Part shown: piece by piece, positions 20,577 to 33,892 of the stretch | Layout of the letters: every line of letters begins with the position of its first letter | Position numbering within the stretch: position 1 is the stretch's first letter | Source of the DNA: Candidatus Omnitrophota bacterium | Lineage (GTDB): Bacteria > Omnitrophota > Omnitrophia > Omnitrophales > Aquincolibacteriaceae | Direction: 5' to 3' | Length of the DNA: 64,000 nt | Assembly (NCBI GenBank): GCA_022711115.1 | Contig: JAKLFP010000001.1 | Span: forward strand, 133,183-197,182 | Program-made: the position numbers and the translations under genes | The notes under the pieces: model-generated | Seen by the model: the letters and a program-made list of their open reading frames with translations, nothing else | Told to the model about the DNA's origin: nothing | Databases searched by the model: none

Positions 20577-21832
20577 TCTTTCATTTTTTTAAAATACGCC
20601 GCGTAGTGTTCAAGGATGATTTTCATGACAAGCTCCGCATCGTGACGGACCTGTTCATCCATTTTGATCACGTTGCCTTTAATGATCTGATAACCTTTTT
20701 CTTCAATCTTCTCAAGATCCAGTTTTACGGGGGCCGCACCTTTTTCATAATAACGCTGAAGCATGGCTTCGGAAATCGGCGTGGTATTCACAAAACAGGC
20801 ATCAATGATCCGAGGATCCGTATGATCCAGAAGCACTCTCAAATGATCCCAGGCGCTCATCCCTGCTGTTTCACCCGGCTGTGTCATAGCGTTCAAGATA
20901 TAGACTTTATAAGCGTCTGAGCGAAGCACCGCATCCCGTATATCCTTGATCAGAAGATTCGGCAAAATACTCGTATAAAGACTTCCCGGACCCATGAGAA
21001 TGATATCTGCCGTACCGATTGCATCAATCGCTTCCGGACGCGCATGACAATTATCCGGTTGCAGATGAATGCTTCTCAGCGGTTTCCCAAGATCCGTAAT
21101 GTTGGTTTCCCCTTCAGCAGAAGTCCCATCCAAAAATTCACCGACAAGGGTTACCTGTTCGAGCGTCGAAGGGAGTACGCGACCGCGAATCGCCAAAACC
21201 TTGCTTGACTCCGCAATCGCTTTTTCAAAATCTCCTGTAACCATGGAAAGCGCCGTAATAAAAAGATTCCCAAAGCTATGTCCTTTCAGTCCTTCGCCAA
21301 GCTGAAATCGGTACTGAAAAAGATCGCGGATCAAGGGTCCTGCGTCTGCCAGCGCCACAAGACAGTTCCGGATATCGCCAGGGGGCAGTATGTCCATTTC
21401 ATCGCGCAACCGTCCCGAGCTTCCTCCTGTATCTGTTACCGTTACAATCGCTGTAATATTGCTCGTAAAATTCTTCACACCTGACAACAAGGTGCTCAGT
21501 CCTGTTCCACCACCGATAGCTACAATGCGCGGTCCCCGGAGCAAAGAGTCAACCTGCCTTTTTTGATAAACAATATCTACCAAGGGATCATCGGAATTGA
21601 GCGGCATCAGCGCACGTATAAAAATACGGACCATGTTCTTGATAGAGGTATAAATCAGGAAGATACCCAAAATAAGCAACGCGGTAGCGAAGGATGCCAG
21701 CAAAACACTTGACTTGGAAATGGTCTTCACGGTCAGCAGCGCCACCACCACGATAAAACTCAGCCCTAAAACACAAAGGCTGATCCATCGTTTAATGCCG
21801 ATCCCTGGATAGAACCACTTGAAAAAATTCAT
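20573..21832 (-). CDS. YvcK/CofD-family gluconeogenesis-factor-like protein with ~90-aa N-terminal 2-TM extension
   Basis: IVAIGGGTGLSTLL...VTDTGGSSGRLR...MGPGSLYTSILPNL core, preceded by two hydrophobic helices. Confidence 0.8.
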   Translation of the reverse strand: MNFFKWFYPGIGIKRWISLCVLGLSFIVVVALLTVKTISKSSVLLASFATALLILGIFLIYTSIKNMVRIFIRALMPLNSDDPLVDIVYQKRQVDSLLRGPRIVAIGGGTGLSTLLSGVKNFTSNITAIVTVTDTGGSSGRLRDEMDILPPGDIRNCLVALADAGPLIRDLFQYRFQLGEGLKGHSFGNLFITALSMVTGDFEKAIAESSKVLAIRGRVLPSTLEQVTLVGEFLDGTSAEGETNITDLGKPLRSIHLQPDNCHARPEAIDAIGTADIILMGPGSLYTSILPNLLIKDIRDAVLRSDAYKVYILNAMTQPGETAGMSAWDHLRVLLDHTDPRIIDACFVNTTPISEAMLQRYYEKGAAPVKLDLEKIEEKGYQIIKGNVIKMDEQVRHDAELVMKIILEHYAAYFKKMKD

Positions 21833-21856
21833 AAAAATTCGCCCGAAAGCCTCCGA

Positions 21857-22321
21857 TCAACTTTTGCGGTTTTCTTCCTTGCTAATGAGATCGAATATTT
21901 CTTTCGGCGTTTTACAGCGCCGGAGCAACTCACAAAAATAGGTGTCACGAAGAAGCCTTGAAATCTGTGCCAACGCTTTTAAATGCGGGCCTGCAGTATC
22001 TTTGGGCGCCACAAGCAGGAAAAGAATGTAAACTGGCTCGCCGTCAAGCGCTTCGAAATTAACACCCTTCCGGCTCACTCCGAGCACCGCAACAAGACCA
22101 TCTACTTTATCCGTCTTTCCGTGTGGGATAGCGATCCCCTGGCCTATCCCAGTCGAACCAAGATTTTCGCGCTCGACCAGTGCTCGCAAAATATTCTTCT
22201 TGTCGCCAACATCTTTCACTTCCCCCAAAAGATCGACAAGTTCTTTAAGAATACCTTCTTTATTTGTCGCTTCCAAATCAACTTTAATGCCTTTTATGCT
22301 GAGAAAATCGGTGATTTTCAT
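21857..22321 (-). CDS. ptsN: PTS IIA-like nitrogen regulatory protein (EIIA-Ntr)
   Basis: GIGQGIAIPHGK active-site His. 154 aa. Confidence 0.8.
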   Translation of the reverse strand: MKITDFLSIKGIKVDLEATNKEGILKELVDLLGEVKDVGDKKNILRALVERENLGSTGIGQGIAIPHGKTDKVDGLVAVLGVSRKGVNFEALDGEPVYILFLLVAPKDTAGPHLKALAQISRLLRDTYFCELLRRCKTPKEIFDLISKEENRKS

Positions 22322-22355
22322 GATTTAATTCCTCCTAATTGAAACGGTTGCAAGA

Positions 22356-22907
22356 CTAGAATGATGGCTCGATCAGTCCGTGATTTCCATCTTTGCGTTT
22401 ATAGATCACATTGACGACATTAGTGTCCTGGTTTAAAAAAACAAGAAAATTTTCTGGTAAAAGTTCCAGCTGAAGGCTGGCCTCCTCGGCAGACATCGGC
22501 TTGGGTGCAAAAGTCTCTGTATGGACGATTTTCGGAGCGCCCGCCGAAACGGCACTCTCAGATTCCATCATTTTCATTGCCCGCATGACTTTTATAGGGA
22601 TTTTTGCGCCATGTCGATGATGATCTTTACTCTTTGCTCTAAATTTTTTTAGCTGTTTTTCAACACGATCGCAGGCTTCATCCATAGCCGCAAAAATATT
22701 CTCCTTGGAATTACCTTCTCCGAAAGCGTGCAAATTTTTAGCAACAAGCGTGACTTCTGCTTTTAAAAAATATTTTTCTTTTTTTAAAAAGATATGCGCC
22801 TCCACCAGGCGAGGGGCATATTTTTCGAATTTGGAAAGCCGTTCCTGGAGATGTGCTTTCATCCCTTCGGTAATTTTTAGATTTTGTCCCGTAAAACGAA
22901 TATCCAC
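22356..22907 (-). CDS. hpf: ribosome hibernation promoting factor (long HPF/RaiA)
   Basis: MDIRFTGQNLKITEGMKAH N-terminal S30AE fold plus a C-terminal dimerisation domain (NVVNVIYKRKDGNHGLIEP). Confidence 0.85.
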   Translation of the reverse strand: MDIRFTGQNLKITEGMKAHLQERLSKFEKYAPRLVEAHIFLKKEKYFLKAEVTLVAKNLHAFGEGNSKENIFAAMDEACDRVEKQLKKFRAKSKDHHRHGAKIPIKVMRAMKMMESESAVSAGAPKIVHTETFAPKPMSAEEASLQLELLPENFLVFLNQDTNVVNVIYKRKDGNHGLIEPSF

Positions 22908-22955
22908 AACCTTATCCTCCTTGGGGGTATTTCGATGATTAGGTGAAATATTGAA

Positions 22956-23681
22956 CTATGCTAAAGTAAACCTCTCTCCAAGATAAATTTCCCTAGCCTT
23001 GCTATCCGAGGCAAGAAATTCCGATGTCCCCGAAACTTCGATTTTCCCTTCATAAAGAAGATACGATCGGTCCGTAATGGAAAGCGTTTCGCGTACACTG
23101 TGGTCCGTGAGAAGAATACTCAATCCTTGTGCTTTAAGCTTCTGCAGGATTTTCTGCACTTCAAAAACAGCAATGGGATCAACACCGCTAAAGGGCTCAT
23201 CCAAAAGAATTAACGAAGGATTGGTCACTAAAGCACGCGTAATCTCAAGCCTTCTCCTCTCCCCGCCTGAAAGGGTAAAGGCCTTGTTTTTGGCAAGATA
23301 CGCAATGTCCAGGTCATTCAGAAGCCTCTTGAGTCGGCGATCGCGTTCTTCTTGAGAAATCTCCAATGTCTCCAAAATGGCCATGATATTTTCTTCGACG
23401 GTCAATTTTCTAAAAATAGAAGGTTCTTGAGAAAGGTAACCGATCCCAAGCCTAGCCCTTTCAAACATGGGAAGTACGGTAATATCCTCGCCGCGAAAAA
23501 AGATCTGCCCTGAATCCGGACGAATGACACCGACCACCATGTAAAACGACGTGGTTTTCCCAGCCCCGTTCGGCCCAAGCAACCCTACAATTTCCCCGCG
23601 GGAAATATGAATATTCACTCCATTGACCACCGTGCGCCCTTTGTAGCTTTTGGTAAGCTGCTTTGTTTCTAGCAAGTCCAT
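22956..23681 (-). CDS. lptB: LPS export ABC transporter ATP-binding protein
   Basis: GPNGAGKTT Walker A, LSGGERRRLEITRAL signature and LLDEP Walker B. Start set at MDLLETKQ. Confidence 0.88.
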   Translation of the reverse strand: MDLLETKQLTKSYKGRTVVNGVNIHISRGEIVGLLGPNGAGKTTSFYMVVGVIRPDSGQIFFRGEDITVLPMFERARLGIGYLSQEPSIFRKLTVEENIMAILETLEISQEERDRRLKRLLNDLDIAYLAKNKAFTLSGGERRRLEITRALVTNPSLILLDEPFSGVDPIAVFEVQKILQKLKAQGLSILLTDHSVRETLSITDRSYLLYEGKIEVSGTSEFLASDSKAREIYLGERFTLA

Positions 23682-23682
23682 A

Positions 23683-24567
23683 TCAGAGAACTCCTTTTGA
23701 AAAATCTTTGGGCCCATCGCCTCCGAAATAGAGGGCTTCGGTATCCCCGCCAAGAATGATCCGGCCTTCATCGGCCAGATAAATAACGCTGTCACTGTAG
23801 GTTTTGTTGCCATCCGGATTTTCGATCACCACATTACCTGCCGCGACAATTTTGGAAACGTGACGACTCACACGATTATAATAAACATCCATCGTGTCCG
23901 CCGTGAGCTTTCCGCGCGAATCCTGTGCGACCACATTGTCCTTAAAATGCGCGATATTCTTTTCATAATCCACCACAAGCGGCCCATCACAAGTGATGGT
24001 CGTTGGACCGGCTTTTTTATCATCAGGATTCTGCACCACGACAGTCACATTTTTCTTGAATTTCACTTTTTTGAGACGCGTGTCCGCTCTTGCCCCCAAA
24101 CCTTCCACATTGATGTTGTCTTTTCTGACCTTGGCGTTGGCTTCGGTTTCGACAATGTGCTCCGCCGGATGCATATCCAAAGAATCGGTCATGAGACGCG
24201 TCCCGTCCTCCGTGGTCGCAACAACGTTCTGCTCGAGATGGATCTTGTTCTCTTTTTTCGCGTAATCTCCTCTGTCCGCCGTAACGGTCACCGGTTTCTC
24301 TTCGGCATAGGCCTTTGCCATTACGTTCATCAGCTTGACATCATTGGAGAGGATATCCGCAGAATCACCTTCAATTTCGATTTCTTTCTGCCCTTCCGGT
24401 GTATATTTTGTAAATGCAAAAGAATAAACCTTGTGGACCGGTTTCTCCGAAGATTTCCCGGTCGTGTGCTGCGCACGATGCTTTCGGGTCACCACAACCT
24501 GCACCTGGACAAAAAAAACGTAAAAAATAATCAGTAGGACAAAAATAAAAATCAGACGCTTTATCAT
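23683..24567 (-). CDS. membrane-anchored OstA-like LPS transport protein (LptC/LptA family)
   Basis: N-terminal TM anchor followed by an extended beta-jellyroll-like, Lys/Asp-rich OstA-type sequence. It sits immediately upstream of lptB. Confidence 0.55.
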   Translation of the reverse strand: MIKRLIFIFVLLIIFYVFFVQVQVVVTRKHRAQHTTGKSSEKPVHKVYSFAFTKYTPEGQKEIEIEGDSADILSNDVKLMNVMAKAYAEEKPVTVTADRGDYAKKENKIHLEQNVVATTEDGTRLMTDSLDMHPAEHIVETEANAKVRKDNINVEGLGARADTRLKKVKFKKNVTVVVQNPDDKKAGPTTITCDGPLVVDYEKNIAHFKDNVVAQDSRGKLTADTMDVYYNRVSRHVSKIVAAGNVVIENPDGNKTYSDSVIYLADEGRIILGGDTEALYFGGDGPKDFSKGVL

Positions 24568-25502
24568 AAAGAACTAACTGCCTCCCGTTTTTTTGAATCG
24601 ATCATCTCAGGCGTTGTTTTCCACCGATCATGCATCCAACCCCATTGGTCTGGATATTGCCGGATCACTTCTTCAAAGCTTGCCATCCATGCCTCTGTGT
24701 ATTTTCGAATCGCTGCCTCGCGATCCCCATCGATCTTCGGCCGAATCAATTGGCCCAAAAGAAGTCGATAACGATTCCCTTTTAAGCGTACCAAAAAAGC
24801 CGGCAAAATAGGCGTCCCAGTGGCCAAGGCAAATTTGACCGGAGCCATAGGTGTGTATGCAGGCTTGCCAAAAAAATCAACAAAAATACCCTTAATGTTG
24901 TCTATGTCCTGATCCGGCAAAATGCCTACAATCTCATTACGCCTCAGATGGTCCCGAATCTTCCGAACTGCTTCATGGCTGTAAATGGTTTGAACCCCCA
25001 CGGAAGCACGAAGCCCAACAATCCATTGATTATATGGTTCGTAATAAATCCGGCGGCCAACGACGGCTCCCTGAAAACCTTGGAGCCCGAACATCCCGGC
25101 CAAGAGCTCCCAATTACCCATGTGAGCAGTCATTATAATGAGCCCTTTCCCTTCTTGCAAAATATCTTTGCAGAGGGCATAGGCCTCTCCTACTTCCACA
25201 AATTGTGCTGCTTTTTCACGCGATAATCGCGCAAACCTTAGAAAATCCACCGCCGTCTGGAGCATATGCCCCATGACCCTGCAACCTATTTCTTTTATTT
25301 CTTTGAAACTTTTGGTCTCCCCATAAGCGAATTGTAGATTTTTAAGGATTTTCTCCCTTTGACGGGCTACAAATACATATCCCAAATATCCTATACCATT
25401 TGCCAAAGCCAAAGCAAAGGCACGTGGCAACATCAACAATAAGAAAGCCCCTAATCGTGTAAGCAGATAAAGAGGGTATCGATAGGGTTTATGTTTGGCC
25501 AC
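24564..25502 (-). CDS. lipid A biosynthesis acyltransferase (LpxL/HtrB lysophospholipid acyltransferase family)
   Basis: TAHMGNWELL H(x)4E catalytic motif and an N-terminal membrane anchor. Confidence 0.75.
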   Translation of the reverse strand: MAKHKPYRYPLYLLTRLGAFLLLMLPRAFALALANGIGYLGYVFVARQREKILKNLQFAYGETKSFKEIKEIGCRVMGHMLQTAVDFLRFARLSREKAAQFVEVGEAYALCKDILQEGKGLIIMTAHMGNWELLAGMFGLQGFQGAVVGRRIYYEPYNQWIVGLRASVGVQTIYSHEAVRKIRDHLRRNEIVGILPDQDIDNIKGIFVDFFGKPAYTPMAPVKFALATGTPILPAFLVRLKGNRYRLLLGQLIRPKIDGDREAAIRKYTEAWMASFEEVIRQYPDQWGWMHDRWKTTPEMIDSKKREAVSSL

Positions 25503-26469
25503 TAGACCCGACCCGCTCTCATAAGATCCTGGACATCGAGTAAACCGACCACCCGTTTTAAATGATCCACCACCGGCAGTTCATCAATGCGCAAAGACTC
25601 CATGATATGAAACGCTTCTTCCGCTAGTTTATCCTTATGGATATAACGTGGTTTTAAAGTCGCCACTTCTTTGACAGACCGGTTTAAGATCTTCTCTCCT
25701 TCAATCTTGAGATGACGTCTCAGATCTCCGTCCGTGAAGACACCCGCCAGTTTCCCTTGAAGATCCACAAGCGTGCAACTTCCGGCCCGTGAAGATGTAA
25801 TCTTCAGAAGCGCCTGACGCACCGTCGTCGTCGGGCCGACTAACGGATTGGATTTTCCGGTCCGCATAATATCCTGCACCTTAAGTAAACGCCTTCCAAG
25901 ACTTCCTGCCGGATGAAGTTCCGCAAAATCTTCGGAACGAAATCCTCGTTTTTTGAGGAGACAAAGTGCCAAGGCATCCCCGAGTGCCAGTGAAGCCGTG
26001 GTTGAGGCGGAAGGCGCAAGATTTAAGGGACATGCTTCGCGGCGTACGCCAAGATCAAGCACGATGTCCGCGTTTCTTCCAAGAGACGACTTCGGCATGC
26101 TTGTCAAAGCGATCAGTTTGACTCCTTTTTTCTTGATAAGAGGAAGAAGTCTGATGATCTCTTCGCTTTCACCGCTTTGCGAGATCGCAATCAAAATATC
26201 TTTAGAGGTCACCATCCCAAAATCACCGTGGACAGCTTCCGCTGGATGCAAATAAAGACTAGGCGTCCCGGTCGAAGCCATCGTTGCAGCAATTTTTCTG
26301 GCAATAAAACCAGGCTTGCCCATTCCGGTCAAAATCACACGGCCCTTACAAGCCTCCATCCACTGGACTGCTTTTTCAAAATCCTTGCCGATCCTCGATC
26401 GAAGCCTTGAAATCGCGCACGACTCAATCCTGAGAATTTCCTTGGCAAGTTTGACCTGATCATTCTTTT

Positions 26470-26473
<4 letters not shown>
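25502..26473 (-). CDS. kdsD: arabinose-5-phosphate isomerase (KpsF/GutQ family, SIS + CBS pair)
   Basis: [45 protein letters not shown] followed by two CBS domains. Confidence 0.88.
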
Positions 26474-29744
<3,271 letters not shown>

Positions 29745-29748
<4 letters not shown>

Positions 29749-30755
29749 ACCTTCCGTATCGCTTCTTCCAATTCCTCAGGAGTGATAGTCGCCGTGCCAA
29801 GTTTCCCGACCACAATACCTGCCGCAAGATTGGCCATTTTCGCAGCCTCCTGCATTTTTGCGCCCGCCGCCAGTGAAAGGGCAAGCGTTGCAATGACTGT
29901 ATCCCCCGCTCCGGAAACATCATAAACTTCTCTGGCCGCCGTCGGGATCTGTGTAATCTTATGACCTTTTTCAAAAAGCGCCATTCCGTCTTCCCCCAAA
30001 GTAATCAAAACAGAAGCCAGTTTTAACTTTTTCATCAGATTCCATCCCACTTGTTCCAAACTCGGCGGTTTTTCCCACGGCCCAATCGTCCGCTCATAAC
30101 CGCCGAATGCCTCTTTGCGATTTGGGGTAATGCAGGTAACGCCACGATAATAATTGAAGTGTTTTTCTTTAGGATCTACCAGCACAGGCTTCCCAAATTT
30201 TTTGGCAAGCTTCACAACTTCTCTTAGCAAAAAGGGCTGCATCACACCTTTGCCGTAATCTTCAAGGATCACCACATCCATGCTTCTGATTCGTTGGCGG
30301 ACGAACTTGAGGATCTGGGTTAAATTCTCGGACGAAATATCTTCCGTTTTCTCACGGTCAAAACGAACCATTTGTTGAGAATGAGCGATCACTCGGGTTT
30401 TGACCGTTGTTGGTCTGCTCGAATCATAAATAATTCCACCCGTGTCGATTCCCTGCTGGCGTATGGCCTTGAGAAGCATCCTTCCAAAAAGATCACGCCC
30501 CACCACACCGCAAGGATAGGCAACCCCTTGCAAGGAGCGAATATTGTTCGCAACGTTTAAGGAACCGCCTGGCATGAAAGACTCCCGCTTGACGTCCACT
30601 ACCGGAACCGGGGCTTCCGGCGAGATACGGGAAACATTGCCCCACACAAACTGATCTAGGATGAAATCGCCAATAACAAGGATATGGGCTTTGGAAAAGC
30701 CTTCTGCAATCTCAATAAAACGTCTTTTTTCAAATGTTGTAAGGGTATTTTTCAT
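29745..30755 (-). CDS. hldA: D-glycero-beta-D-manno-heptose-7-phosphate kinase (stand-alone RfaE domain I, pfkB family)
   Basis: ILVIGDFILDQFVWG N-terminus and the C-terminal DVSGAGDTVIATLA ribokinase-family motif. No fused adenylyltransferase domain. Confidence 0.8.
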
Positions 30756-30862
30756 AGAGGGTTAAGCTGGTTCAATAAAGAAGTTATGATAACACCGCTT
30801 GGAAGGGGTGTCAATGAAAGGAAATCATCATAACTCCTTTCCTTTTAAAGACTTATATCTAT

Positions 30863-32389
30863 TTATCCCTCGAAGAGGTTCTGGCTGGCAAATTCGGGAT
30901 CGCTCGTGACATGGATCCGAAGCTTTCGAAGAGCCTTTTCATCACCGGGAGTCGGGATATGCGTAATATGCATTTCACAATCGCGGAGCATCTTGAGTTT
31001 TTCCATCGCTTTTTGCGCGGTTGGATTAGTCGTCGCACTCATGCTCAAAGCAATCAGAATCTCTTCAAGATCCAGACTCACCGCCTTACTCCCGAAAATA
31101 TGCTGTTTTAGCTCCGCAATAGATGCAATCACGTTCGGAGACAAGAGATGAATGTCCTCCGGAAGACCCGCGAGAATCTTCACCGAATTAAGGACCGAAC
31201 TCGATGCCGCGTGCATCAGCACCGTATTCTTTCCTGTAACAATCGTTCCGTCAGGAAGCTCGATGGCCGCCCCGCAAAAAATTCCCTGATTTCCTTTTCC
31301 CGTTTTTTGAGCGTCTTTCGATGCCTGGCGCGCAGGAAGGACCACAGGACGATCTTCGGAATTCATTTCAAGATCCTTCATCAGAAGCTCCGCTTTTTCT
31401 ACAGCTTCTTTTTCAACATAACCCATCCGGTAATCGCAAGCGCATTGAAAATATCTGGCAATCACCTCCTGGACAGCCGCTTTCCGAACGATCGCATCAT
31501 CCACAATCCCGAAACCAGCACGATTCACTCCCATATCCGTCGGCGACGCATAAATCGCTTCTCCTCCGGTAATCTTCTTCAAGATCCTCTTAAGCACCGG
31601 AAAAACTTCTACATCACGGTTATAATTAATCGTGGTTTCCTTGTATGCCTCAAGATGAAAAGGATCGATCATGTTAAAATCCATAAGATCCGTGGTCGCC
31701 GCTTCGTAAGCGATATTCACCGGATGATTCAGGGGAAGATTCCAGATCGGAAACGTTTCAAATTTCGCGTACCCGCTTGAGAGCCCTTGCCGATGGTCAT
31801 GATAAAGCTGGGAAAGACACGTGGCGAGTTTCCCGCTGCCCGGTCCCGGTGCGGAAATAATCACGAGTGGTTTTGTGGTCACGATATATTCGTTCGCGCC
31901 ATAGCCCTCATCGCTCACAATAGTATCCACATCCGTGGGATACCCTTTAGTGAATCGATGGGTATAGGTCCGGATTCCTCGGCGTTCCAGTTTATTCTTG
32001 AAGATCTTGGCGGCGGGTTGGTCCGTAAAACGCGTGATCACAACCGCCGCGACATCAAGCCCCCACCCCCGGTACTCATCAATCATGCGAAATATATCCG
32101 CATCATAAGTGATCCCGAAATCGGCCCGCATCTTCCGTCGCTCAATATCTCCTGCGTGAATACAGATCACTATCTCTGCTTGATCGCGAAGCTTGTGGAG
32201 GAGACGCATTTTGACGTTGGGATCGAAACCGGGAAGCACTCGCGCTGCGTGATAATCGGCAATGATCTTACCGCCGAACTCGAGGTAAAGTTTGTCGCTA
32301 AATCGTTCGACTCGTTCAAGAATGGCGGCCGATTGCTCGTTAAGGTATTTAAGATTATCAAAACCTGTCTTCTTTTCTGTCACAAGCAT
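30863..32389 (-). CDS. DUF1846 (UPF0371) family protein
   Basis: GFDNLKYLNEQSAAILERVERFSDKLYLEFGGKIIADYHAARVLPGFDPN matches the conserved UPF0371 N-terminus. 508 aa, typical for the family. Confidence 0.8.
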   Translation of the reverse strand: MLVTEKKTGFDNLKYLNEQSAAILERVERFSDKLYLEFGGKIIADYHAARVLPGFDPNVKMRLLHKLRDQAEIVICIHAGDIERRKMRADFGITYDADIFRMIDEYRGWGLDVAAVVITRFTDQPAAKIFKNKLERRGIRTYTHRFTKGYPTDVDTIVSDEGYGANEYIVTTKPLVIISAPGPGSGKLATCLSQLYHDHRQGLSSGYAKFETFPIWNLPLNHPVNIAYEAATTDLMDFNMIDPFHLEAYKETTINYNRDVEVFPVLKRILKKITGGEAIYASPTDMGVNRAGFGIVDDAIVRKAAVQEVIARYFQCACDYRMGYVEKEAVEKAELLMKDLEMNSEDRPVVLPARQASKDAQKTGKGNQGIFCGAAIELPDGTIVTGKNTVLMHAASSSVLNSVKILAGLPEDIHLLSPNVIASIAELKQHIFGSKAVSLDLEEILIALSMSATTNPTAQKAMEKLKMLRDCEMHITHIPTPGDEKALRKLRIHVTSDPEFASQNLFEG

Positions 32390-32488
32390 ATTGTCTCCCC
32401 TGTTTAAAGATCGATGTTCCCTAAGACTGAACCCAGTGCTGCCTCTGGGCTGAACTTTTTCGGCGTTCCGTTCGGAGAAGCCAAGGTG

Positions 32489-32767
32489 CTATTTTGTAGT
32501 GCTGGGACATGACTTGCAGTCTCCTGAGCAAGCCGATGTCGCAGCCGCAGGTTTTTCTTTTTTAGCCGATTCTTTATAACTCTTGGAACGGTAATCCGTC
32601 TGATAAAAACCACTGCCCTTGAATAAAACTCCCGCACCCCCGGAGATCACACGTTGAGCTTTGTTTTTTCCGCACTCTGGACACTTACGGAGAGGCTTTT
32701 CGGTCATTGATTGGAATTTTTCGAAGGAATACCCGCAGGCACTGCATTCATAAACATATGTCGGCAT
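32489..32767 (-). CDS. FmdB-family zinc-ribbon protein
   Basis: MPTYVYECSACGYSFE...PLRKCPECG motif. Start set at that Met. Confidence 0.7.
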   Translation of the reverse strand: MPTYVYECSACGYSFEKFQSMTEKPLRKCPECGKNKAQRVISGGAGVLFKGSGFYQTDYRSKSYKESAKKEKPAAATSACSGDCKSCPSTTK

Positions 32768-32902
32768 TAAATTTCTCCTTAAGATAGCGGCCGTATTATA
32801 GGAATGAGTTCCCGAATGGTCAATCGGTTCCTTAAACGCTGAGCTTTCTAACTTTACGCACAAGATAGTCGTTCTGTGAAGAAAAACAGGGAAGACTCTT
32901 GT

Positions 32903-33670
32903 TTATTGACGGGAAATACCCAGATGTTTCTTGATCTCATTTAAAAGATCGGCCGACTCAGTGTATTTGATCAATTTAGATTCCGGGTAGCTGGCAAGCG
33001 CCGAAAGAAAATTTAAGCGTTCACAATAAATGTATAAAGGGATCCTCGAAAGAAACCTGTCTTTAGCCATACGCTGTGTAAACCCTTTTAAATCGAGCGT
33101 CTTCCCTTGCATGTCGGGATGAAAGTATTCACAGAGAATCATGTCGGGATAAAGCCTCCCGGCAATTTCATAAGCAGCCTTTTCATCATGCGTGCTCGTC
33201 ACTTCCCATCCGGTGTCTTCGAAAAATTTCCGGATTTTGTTTTTTATAAATTTATAAAGCCCAAGAATAATAAGGGTTTTTTTAGCGCTAGGATCCCGGT
33301 GACTTGATCTCCCAATCCTTTTATCAATTTTCGACAAAAGATCTTTGGAATCGAACGGTTTATAGATAAATTCCACATGAGGGAAATCAACGAAAAAAGC
33401 TTCCATGTTTTTTTTAACAGAAAAAATGATCACGGGAAGAAGCCGCATGAGCAGATCTTTTTGCATTTGTTGCAGCAGCTGAAAACAGCTCAATTTAGGC
33501 AGTATTGCATTGAGAATGAGGATGTCGGGATCTTCAGTCCTTAACTTTTCAAAAGCCTCTTTCCCGTCTGTGGCAGTGGCCACCTGGTAACCTTCGGAAG
33601 ATAAACAGACGTTCAGTCCCGAAAGAAAGGCAGGGTCGTTGTCCGCAACAAGAATTTTTTTGAAAGGCAT
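32903..33670 (-). CDS. tandem receiver-like (pseudo-REC) domain protein without output domain
   Basis: Two CheY-like folds. At the phospho-acceptor positions the first has Asn (DILILNAILP) and the second Glu (MILCEYFHP). Confidence 0.6.
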   Translation of the reverse strand: MPFKKILVADNDPAFLSGLNVCLSSEGYQVATATDGKEAFEKLRTEDPDILILNAILPKLSCFQLLQQMQKDLLMRLLPVIIFSVKKNMEAFFVDFPHVEFIYKPFDSKDLLSKIDKRIGRSSHRDPSAKKTLIILGLYKFIKNKIRKFFEDTGWEVTSTHDEKAAYEIAGRLYPDMILCEYFHPDMQGKTLDLKGFTQRMAKDRFLSRIPLYIYCERLNFLSALASYPESKLIKYTESADLLNEIKKHLGISRQ

Positions 33671-33892
33671 ACTTTGTGTTTCCTTCCATATGTTTCTATT
33701 TCCAAAAAAACAGTCCCTTTCTGTTTGACCTGTGCTTCTTACTTTTAAAAATAAAATTCGCATTAAAGCATCGGCTAAAAACATACGGCGCTTCAATATT
33801 GATTTTTATTCTTAAAAACAAAGAACATTATTCAAATCCCAAAAAACTGCCTGCCTTTGGGAGAACAAATCGCTTTTTTACAGTACGTTGAT

